From: Cyanobacteria bacterium J06626_4
GTDB taxonomy: Bacteria > Cyanobacteriota > Cyanobacteriia > Phormidesmidales > Phormidesmidaceae
Assembly: GCA_038523235.1 (NCBI GenBank)
Contig: JBCBJQ010000088.1
Location: 1-25,494, forward strand
DNA: 25,494 nucleotides
Direction: 5' to 3'
Shown: in pieces, positions 18,652-25,494 of the stretch
Numbering within the stretch: position 1 is the stretch's first letter
How the letters are laid out: each line of letters begins with the position of its first letter
The notes under the pieces: generated by a model
What the model saw: only the letters and a program-made list of their open reading frames with translations
What the model was told of the DNA's origin: nothing
The model's database searches: none
Position numbers and translations under genes: made by a program

Positions 18652-19752
18652 ATGCTGACTATTAAGCAACTCACCCAATCCGTCGGCCAGGGCATTACGC
18701 CTCGCATGGTGCGGCACTATCACCAGATTGGCTTGCTGCCGTCGCCGGAGCGATCTACCAGCAACTATCGGCTATACAGCGAAGCGGATGTCCACCGTTT
18801 GCAGCGCATTGTGGCCTTGAAGCAGCAGGGGTTTCAGCTCACTCACATCAAGCAAATGCTGACTAACCAGGCAGCATCAAAGGGCACGGATACGCTACTG
18901 CCGCAGTTTCAGCAGCAGTATCAAACCGTGTTGCAACAGCTGATTAAATTGCGGCAAACGGCCATGGCGCTGGAAGGGCTATTGGGGCGCGATCGCGGCT
19001 GTCAGTCCACTCAGGCGGCGGCGATCGCCCAACTCCGGCTATTAGCAACGGAAACCCAAGCCGCCCAATCCATCAGTGAAGCGCTCTGGGCACATTTGGA
19101 TGCCACCACCGCCGACCATCCCGAAAATTTCTCAGAAGCGCTCCAACGCTTACTACCCGATCTGTCTCAGCGCCCCGAAATTGAGGTGGACGTTTTGTCT
19201 CACCTGGTGCTTGCCTGCGGGGATGTCAGCCTGGCAGCATTTGCAAAATTTAGCAGCGACGCCATCAAAGCGGCCCGTGAATCTTTACAGGCAGGCTGTA
19301 CTGTCGTCGGTGATGTCCCTGCTGTCATCAACACGCTCGATCAAACGCGACTCACCCACCTGGGGTGTCGGTGGACGACCCTGATCAACAATCCCCACGT
19401 CAACGATGCGGCTGAGGCTGAGCACACCTTTTGGGCATCAACCGACTGGTCAGCCCGGCTGATGCCCTTGATTGACGGCAATATCTGGGTGGTCGGCTAT
19501 GCCCCGTCGGTCTTGATGCAGCTGTGCAAGGCGATCACCCAACACCGCTATCGACCCGCTCTGGTCATTGGCTTGCCGATTGGCTTTAGCCATGCCCCAG
19601 CAGCGAAGCGTCAACTCATGCAGCTTGATGTTCCTTACATCACTGTAGAAGGCACACTGGGCGGTGGACTCCTGGCCGCCGTGGTCTTAAATCGACTGGC
19701 CGCTTCCCTCATTGAAAAGCCGGACTGCCACTGTTATTTGCAAGGCCAATAG
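18652..19752 (+). CDS. coaR: cobalt-responsive MerR-family regulator fused to a precorrin-8X methylmutase-like domain (CoaR/CorR)
   Basis: MerR HTH (TIKQL...RMVRHYHQIGLL...R...NYRLY), CobH-like C-terminal domain (VVGYAPS.L, LVIGLPIGF, GGGLLAA) and terminal Cys-His-Cys. Confidence 0.93.
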   Translation: MLTIKQLTQSVGQGITPRMVRHYHQIGLLPSPERSTSNYRLYSEADVHRLQRIVALKQQGFQLTHIKQMLTNQAASKGTDTLLPQFQQQYQTVLQQLIKLRQTAMALEGLLGRDRGCQSTQAAAIAQLRLLATETQAAQSISEALWAHLDATTADHPENFSEALQRLLPDLSQRPEIEVDVLSHLVLACGDVSLAAFAKFSSDAIKAARESLQAGCTVVGDVPAVINTLDQTRLTHLGCRWTTLINNPHVNDAAEAEHTFWASTDWSARLMPLIDGNIWVVGYAPSVLMQLCKAITQHRYRPALVIGLPIGFSHAPAAKRQLMQLDVPYITVEGTLGGGLLAAVVLNRLAASLIEKPDCHCYLQGQ

Positions 19753-19775
19753 CTGCAGTAAAAACCAGTTTGGGG

Positions 19776-20144
19776 TTAAGTGCTCATCACTTTGGTAAAG
19801 GTAAGTCGATTGCCAAAGGGGTCATTAATCGACATATCGCGACTGCCCCAGGGCATCTCTTCGATGCCGGGGCGTGCATATCGATAGTCTTTGCCAAGCA
19901 GTTCGGCATGAAAACCGTCTAAATCATCCGCCTCAATTCTCATCGCGGCACCAGGAGTGCAGTCGCCATGATGTTCTGACAAGTGGAGAACACAGTGATC
20001 TCTAGAAACTTGGCAATAGAGCGGCATACCGGGCTGAAACCGATGCTCCCAGTCCACCTGAAAGCCCAGAAAATCAACGTAAAACTCTTTGGCTTTCGCT
20101 TCATCAAAGATCCGCAAGATCGGCGTTGTCTTAGCAAGACTCAT
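19776..20144 (-). CDS. VOC/glyoxalase-bleomycin resistance family protein
   Basis: PILRIFD...FYVDFLGF, LHLSEHHGD and PWG..DM...DPFGNRL motifs; AGGAGG RBS. Confidence 0.9.
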   Translation of the reverse strand: MSLAKTTPILRIFDEAKAKEFYVDFLGFQVDWEHRFQPGMPLYCQVSRDHCVLHLSEHHGDCTPGAAMRIEADDLDGFHAELLGKDYRYARPGIEEMPWGSRDMSINDPFGNRLTFTKVMST

Positions 20145-20297
20145 GATTCCTCCTGACTAGAGGCAAGAACTTAATAGTGTATTTGTACCATACCTCAGGG
20201 CGTCTGCTGAATCCTTGCTAATACAGTTCACCTTCGCGATCGCGAGCCGGAACCGATAAAAAGTCCCCTACCGTCAGTGGTTTGGTTTTAGGAGGGA

Positions 20298-20370
20298 AGG
20301 TACAGGGGAAGGGTGCAGTGGCAAGGTCCAGGGTTTGAGGTGTAGGGTGTAGGGTTCAAGGTGCAGGGAG
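20298..20370 (+). repeat. degenerate heptamer tandem repeats (STRR-like)
   Basis: AGGGTGT/AAGGTGC/AGGGTTC units. Related units occur at about 22915-22980 and, inverted, at 23094-23120. Confidence 0.6.
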
Positions 20371-20371
20371 T

Positions 20372-21346
20372 CTAGCCCGTTTTGCGATCTGACCAATGTT
20401 GGGTGTCGAGTTCACGTTTAGATTCAACTGCATAGTCAAGCACTTGGTTATGCCGAACGTCAGCAAGGCAGCGCTTTAAGGTTTGATTGGGCAACTTAAA
20501 CCAGAGTTCTACTTGATGCTGTTTTTGGGCTTCGTCACTGCTTAAAATGCGCCCTGTGACCGAGGCGGCAAACCAACGCCAGCCATATTGATGCAATAGC
20601 TCTGTTTCCAAAATCTGGAGCGGTTTGGGTAAAGCACTCCAGCCGCGATAGGCTGCGAGCAAAGGCGCAACATCACCTTGCAGTTGCAATAGAGCCCGTA
20701 AGGATAGCTCATTCAGATTGCCGTAGTAGCGACCCTGGGGGAAATCAATCAGCGTCGGCGCAAAGCGGTGGCCGCCAATGTGGGTGATTTGCCAAGGTTG
20801 CACTTGCGGCGTTAGCCCCAACTGTTGAATGTGAGCGATCGCCGCTTGATAAAACGGATAGCCATAAGCGCCGCAGCACTCATTGTGACTGGCGTGAGTA
20901 CAAACCATCAGGTGCCGCTGTTCACAGCGACGCCACAAGTCGCTGGACTCACCCTGTGAACGGCGATTAAAAAAACTGTCTAGGGCCGGAGCCATCTCTG
21001 CGGGCGCAGCCACCTGGGTTTCCCAAGCGGCATATTGGCGACTGAGGCGACCACTAAAGGCGGCATGGCCCTGATGCGGTGATAGTCGGCGCTCCTGTTG
21101 AAAAATCAGGATGCGAAGCTGAGTCTGGGTCGGGGTCTGCTCATTGGCGATTAGATGCACCCTAACCCTAGCTGGCAAATCTAGCAGCGGCTTAATGACT
21201 TGTCTCAAGCTTTCGGGCACCCCTGTTGAGAGCAGGGCGGGTTTATCCCAAGGCGGCGGCACCTCTAGCAATACGAAGGTTTCAGCCGGCACCGCTGTCC
21301 CGATCAAGGCGGCTGATGGTGTGGTTGAGACGATGGACGCATTCAT
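20372..21346 (-). CDS. sucrase/ferredoxin-like (thioredoxin-like 2Fe-2S) protein
   Basis: LLEVPPPW, VCTHASHNECC, HIGGHRFAPT, GRYYG and YRGW motifs. Confidence 0.9.
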   Translation of the reverse strand: MNASIVSTTPSAALIGTAVPAETFVLLEVPPPWDKPALLSTGVPESLRQVIKPLLDLPARVRVHLIANEQTPTQTQLRILIFQQERRLSPHQGHAAFSGRLSRQYAAWETQVAAPAEMAPALDSFFNRRSQGESSDLWRRCEQRHLMVCTHASHNECCGAYGYPFYQAAIAHIQQLGLTPQVQPWQITHIGGHRFAPTLIDFPQGRYYGNLNELSLRALLQLQGDVAPLLAAYRGWSALPKPLQILETELLHQYGWRWFAASVTGRILSSDEAQKQHQVELWFKLPNQTLKRCLADVRHNQVLDYAVESKRELDTQHWSDRKTG

Positions 21347-21494
21347 CAGACAAATCCCTACTGCAAAATAACCTTGAGGACAGAACTCAAAGCAGGCCCT
21401 GCGGCGATCGCGCTACGTCAAACCGGTAGAGATGATGAGAGCCAGCAGCGATCACCACCAACTTGGCTTTGCTGGCCTCTGAATCTTGATGCAT

Positions 21495-21515
21495 TAATGA
21501 TATAAGTTCTCATCT
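21495..21515. promoter_or_regulatory. putative Fur box
   Basis: Minus strand TGAGAACTTATATCATT resembles the TGA(G/T)AATNATT(A/C)TCA consensus and lies upstream of the ferredoxin-like gene. Confidence 0.45.
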
Positions 21516-21748
21516 AGAAAGGCAAACCCCAGGCGATCTTTGTAGATGATTTCTTGCCTGAGACTTCAGTAAAAAGCGTCTCCCTGTCGCAAAAAGGCAT
21601 TTGAATGCAGGCTTTGGAGGATGCTCTCGGATTCACTGTTGCATGGAGGCTCATCGCTTTTGCGAGTAGTTCTCAAACGGATAGAATATGACATCGCTGC
21701 TTGTTGCCATCAGTGCTAGCAGCGATGCCAAACATCAGGTGTATTGCC

Positions 21749-22912
21749 ATGAATGAGCAGGTGACGAATTCCCTGATGGGTCAGTACCATTTCGGCATTG
21801 AGCACGAAGTGGCGTTCTGGAATCTACAGACCCATCAGTTTGCGGACTTTACCAATACGGCCTTCGACCAGTTTGATCGGTTGATTGCCCAGCTCCCCGA
21901 ATACGCGTCTGATTACCCTCAGCTGCGCATTGGGGATATGAACATTAAGCGAAAACGCTGGTATATCGAAGGTTACGAGCGGTTTTCTGAAACAGGAGCA
22001 CTGTTGGATTGCACGCCTAAAGGGATTGAAATTCGCACGACCATCCAGCCGACGATCGCGGGCACCATTCAAGAATTGCGAGAAAGTTTTGCCCGACTCT
22101 GTGAGGTGGCAGCCCCGGCCCATTGGCTGCCCGTGCTGACCAGTTTTAATCCGATACAGACGGATTTTTTGCCCCAGCCGCCCTTAAACCGCTACGAAAG
22201 TGCGCGTCGAGAAGCGTCTCCAGAAAAACGTACGGCCCATATTCCGATGCTGACCTATGGCCCCGATCTCAACTTTTCGATGACTGGCCTCTCGCCGGAG
22301 GCGTTGATTCGGGTGGGCCAAAAGCTGACCTACTACAGTCCGGCGATCGTGCCGTTTAGCTTTAGTTCCCCCTTTTATGGCGGGCAACTCTGGTCGGGTT
22401 TGTCAGTCCGCACTCACCGGCGCACGGGGCAACGACCCGCAGCCATGGTGTTTTTAGAGCGGCCGGAAGATTTGATCGCGAGTACGCCTTCGCTCACCAA
22501 AATTGCCCGCTTACCCGCCGAGGTCGGGCGAATCGAGTTTAAAGCGTGCGACAGTTGTGGTGATTTTGCCCTCTATGGCAGTCTGCTGGCGCTGATGAAA
22601 GGACTGGTGCTGGATCAAACACTGCCAGGGCTAGCCCTAGTGCCTGATGCTGCTGCCCATCAGCGATCTGCACTGGTCGGGTTTCACGATGCGGCACTGC
22701 GCGATCAGGCGATTTTGCTGTTGAGTGCCGCTGAGCAAGCCCTGACCGATGACTCGGAGCGATCGCTGCTGCAGCCCCTCTGGCAAATGGTGCAGCAAGG
22801 AACCACCCCGGCTCAGGCACTGCGCGATCGCTGGCAACCAGGGGCCGATTTGGCCCAAATTCTCAGCGCGGGGTACGCGCCAGAGCCCCTGGCACAGTCA
22901 GTTATTGGCTAG
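21749..22912 (+). CDS. glutamate--cysteine ligase family 2 (GCS2)-like carboxylate-amine ligase
   Basis: FGIEHE, IEIRT, SSPFY.G and GRIEFKACD motifs. Start uncertain (21701-21776). Confidence 0.8.
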   Translation: MNEQVTNSLMGQYHFGIEHEVAFWNLQTHQFADFTNTAFDQFDRLIAQLPEYASDYPQLRIGDMNIKRKRWYIEGYERFSETGALLDCTPKGIEIRTTIQPTIAGTIQELRESFARLCEVAAPAHWLPVLTSFNPIQTDFLPQPPLNRYESARREASPEKRTAHIPMLTYGPDLNFSMTGLSPEALIRVGQKLTYYSPAIVPFSFSSPFYGGQLWSGLSVRTHRRTGQRPAAMVFLERPEDLIASTPSLTKIARLPAEVGRIEFKACDSCGDFALYGSLLALMKGLVLDQTLPGLALVPDAAAHQRSALVGFHDAALRDQAILLLSAAEQALTDDSERSLLQPLWQMVQQGTTPAQALRDRWQPGADLAQILSAGYAPEPLAQSVIG

Positions 22913-23259
22913 ATCAAGGTCTTCAGGTGCAGGGGGGCGGGTGCAAGGTTACGAGGCGTTCCTGGAACCTGCAACCTTCGCGCATCAGTAAAATGGTTCC
23001 GCAGTCTTGTGCGCACCAGGCTGGTAACTGCTATGGCGAGCCGCAGTCAGGTTTGGACACTTTGTAATTGCCGGATCGCTGGCGGCAAGGCCCTTCCCCT
23101 GCACCTTGAATCCTGCACCTTTCTACTCTTCACCATATATCCCCAGGAGTGCCAATTTTCGTCAGGGTTGGGCCGCCAAATTCCGGCGATCGGGGATGCT
23201 ATTTGTAAGCAGTTGAAAGCGTTCGAGTTCACTCAATTCACGCGATAGTCGAGGTATCC

Positions 23260-23784
23260 ATGAGGTTAAGAGCAGCCACTCTTGATGATATTCCGGCGAT
23301 CGCGCGCGTCCATGTCGATGCGTGGAAAACGACCTATCGAGGAATCTTTCCCGCTAAAGTCTTGCAGACTATGACCTACCAGAAGCGTGAAAATAGCTGG
23401 CGGAGAATTTTTGCTGAGGCGCCAGGAGCTGATCAATTCACCTACGTGGCGGAAAATCCACTAGGCCAGATTATTGGCTTTGCCAGTGGTGGTTTAGAGC
23501 GCGAAGGCAATTCAGACTATCAAGGCGAACTTTATGCCATCTACCTGCTGGCAGCCTATCAGCGGCAAGGCATTGGCCGTGAACTGGTGCAAGCGATCGC
23601 CCGCCAACTCGCTCAAATGAACATTCAGAAAATGCTGGTGTGGGTTTTGGAAGATAATCCGGCCTGTCAATTCTATGAGGCGATCGGGGGACAAAAAGTT
23701 GACCAAAAAGCTATTGAGAGAGGCGGCGCAATCTTCACCGAAGTTGCCTATGGTTGGATAGACATATCAAGTCTCTACTGTTGA
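23260..23784 (+). CDS. GNAT family N-acetyltransferase
   Basis: GAGGT RBS; GELYAIYL...QRQGIGREL (motif A) and WVLEDNPA..FYE..GG. Confidence 0.93.
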   Translation: MRLRAATLDDIPAIARVHVDAWKTTYRGIFPAKVLQTMTYQKRENSWRRIFAEAPGADQFTYVAENPLGQIIGFASGGLEREGNSDYQGELYAIYLLAAYQRQGIGRELVQAIARQLAQMNIQKMLVWVLEDNPACQFYEAIGGQKVDQKAIERGGAIFTEVAYGWIDISSLYC

Positions 23785-23869
23785 CCACGACCCATAAGTT
23801 AATGCATTGCAGCGGACGAAAACTGACTGGTGATCAGGAGTGCAGAAATTAAGCGATCGCCAGTGTGCT

Positions 23870-24190
23870 GAATCACCCCTATCAAGGCGAGACCCGACGG
23901 AACGTGGAATAGGACAGGAGAAGGAGAGGCTGTGACGGCTCTAACGCCAGCAACGCTCGGAGCGTCACTTCATGCTGAAGACAGAAATCAGCCAACGGAC
24001 GATCGCCACGATAACCCCAAAGGAATCCCAGCAAACTCAAAAACAGCGGCATCCATCAAGGATGCCGCCGCCCCCGAAGATGAGGGTAATCGGAAATTTA
24101 TTTTAATTGTTCTATGGAGTACATGGGCTGCTTGGTATTGAAACAACTCAGTCCATCCTCATTTTTCTATGCTGGCATGAAACCACCCTG
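23870..24190 (-). mobile_element. decayed ISAs1-family element (left end plus transposase 5' fragment)
   Basis: Minus strand from ATG 24124 reads MYSIEQLK*ISDYPHLRGRRHP*WMPLFLSLLGFLWGYRGDRPLADFC...SYSTFRRV, matching the ISAs1 N-terminal pattern (D.R..RG.RH.L...PS..TF.RV) with internal stops. Terminus CAGGGTGGTTTCAT at 24190. Confidence 0.75.
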
Positions 24191-24293
24191 CTTTTGGGAA
24201 AGGGGGTGGGGGATGTCGGGCTACTCTACCCTTCGCGAATGCTTTCAGCGAACGAGAAGCCGCTGCGCGTCTCGTGCTCTTCCCGCAGGGTAG
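24191..24293. repeat. cluster of REP/SDR-like small repeats
   Basis: GGGAAAGGGGGTGGGGGATG half-hairpin, and a CTACCCT...AGGGTAG inverted pair enclosing GAAGCCGCTGCGCGTCT. Confidence 0.45.
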
Positions 24294-24468
24294 TGGGATG
24301 GTTCTCGCATTCGCCACCCTCAGCCGCTACAAATCGCTGCAGCGAACCGGTCATAAAGGCCACTGTTTGAATTGAGTGGGGTGGTACACGAGCGCCAAAT
24401 TGACATCGAGGTAGAAGTCTTGCAACCTACCACCCCCTCATTATTCTCACAGAGTTAAAAACTCTGAA

Positions 24469-25101
24469 TTACAGCGCTGAAGGATCGACAGAAGGAGGTA
24501 TTAGGACAGCATCAATAACGTGGATAACACCGTTGCTGGCGGCAACATCAGTCTGAATGACAGTCGCCTCATTTATGGTCACGCCACTTTCATCAGCAAC
24601 AATATTGAGGTCTTCTCCAGCCGCACTTGTTACCGTCCCCGTTGCCACATCACTAGAGGGAACCTCAGCAGAAATCACGTGATAGGTGAGAATTTGTGTG
24701 AGTACCTGTTGGTTTTCAGGCAGAAGCAGCGCTTCCACAGTTCCTTCAGGCAAGGCGGCAAAAGCGTCATCAGTCGGAGCGAAAACCGTATAAGGGCCTT
24801 CATCGCTGAGGGTTGCTGCCAAGCCAGCTGCCTGTACCGCAGCCACCAAAGTATTAAATGAACCGTTAGCCATGGCCACATCGACAACGGTTTCGCCTTC
24901 AGTCGGCATGGGGTCAGCTGCTGCGGGCACTTCAGTCTCTGCAGGCATTTCAGTCTCTGCGGGCATTTCAGTCTCTACGGGGGCTTCAGAGGTCGTGTCA
25001 GCAGCTTGATTTCCACAAGCTACAGCTACTGGCAAAATGACTAGTGCTGTTGCCAAGCCAGCTAGCTTATTGAAAGACTTGAACGAAATTGAAAATTTCA
25101 T
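24469..25101 (-). CDS. fasciclin (FAS1) domain lipoprotein
   Basis: ATG at 25101; lipoprotein-type signal ...VAVAC; ETEMPA x3 linker; TVFAPTDDAF, ILTYHV and NGVIHVID motifs. Confidence 0.92.
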   Translation of the reverse strand: MKFSISFKSFNKLAGLATALVILPVAVACGNQAADTTSEAPVETEMPAETEMPAETEVPAAADPMPTEGETVVDVAMANGSFNTLVAAVQAAGLAATLSDEGPYTVFAPTDDAFAALPEGTVEALLLPENQQVLTQILTYHVISAEVPSSDVATGTVTSAAGEDLNIVADESGVTINEATVIQTDVAASNGVIHVIDAVLIPPSVDPSAL

Positions 25102-25494
25102 TGCGTTACTCAAATTAGAAAAACAATTAAGAATCGAGCTCAATTCTTGCGGACACGTACGTTGTAGAAATATTCTCAAAACCCTGTAGATCGCGTTTGA
25201 GGAAAATCGTTTTTGCCTTTCCTCATTGTAGAGTGAGAATTTAGAATTGCTGTTATTTTCAAAAAATTACTCATGCTCAATACTAAAAGGTATAAAACTT
25301 ATCGTACTCAATACGGGAGTGTATAAAACGTGGCCTGGCTTAAAAAATGATATTTTTGAAAACTTGATGAATGAAAGCAGCTTGAACTTTATCTCTCCTT
25401 TGGGGAAGCACTGTATAGATCATCTTAACTGTCTATTAAATTCTATTTTTATTAAACAACTTTATTCGAACATCGCATGGGATTTAGGGGCGAT

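Noticed and set aside
18626..18656. Plus-strand TTGACA-19 bp-TATGCT as the coaR promoter
   Set aside because: The -10 overlaps the coaR ATG, so the transcript would start inside the HTH-coding region.
23932..24370. Plus-strand ORFs 23932-24141 and 24107-24370
   Set aside because: They overlap the ISAs1 relic and small repeats, and show no protein features.
24922..24976. 18-bp tandem repeat
   Set aside because: Ordinary low-complexity linker (ETEMPA) of the fasciclin lipoprotein.

Overview
Cyanobacterial chromosomal DNA: the HIP1 octamer GCGATCGC is frequent, and the gene set and repeats are typical of filamentous cyanobacteria. The left end (1-1700) is an AT-rich island in which I saw no HIP1 site. 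It lies downstream of a tRNA-Phe gene whose 3' half is duplicated (att-like), and it carries a HEPN (RxxxxH) protein gene missing from the ORF track. Core-like genes follow: a PPC-domain protein, a membrane Ser/Thr kinase, a Nif3-like protein and ddl, with adjacent IS21 and IS110 remnants between them. The most unusual feature is the cobalt locus. coaT (P1B-4 ATPase) and coaR (MerR-precorrin isomerase fusion) are normally back-to-back. Here they are separated by two tandem paralogous secreted beta-propeller genes that differ mainly in predicted surface loops. The MerR operator palindrome is present three times, and only the coaT-proximal copy keeps an intact -10. The right part encodes a VOC protein, a sucrase/ferredoxin-like protein, a GCS2-like ligase, a GNAT, a decayed ISAs1 and a fasciclin lipoprotein. 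All calls were made by eye, without database searches.
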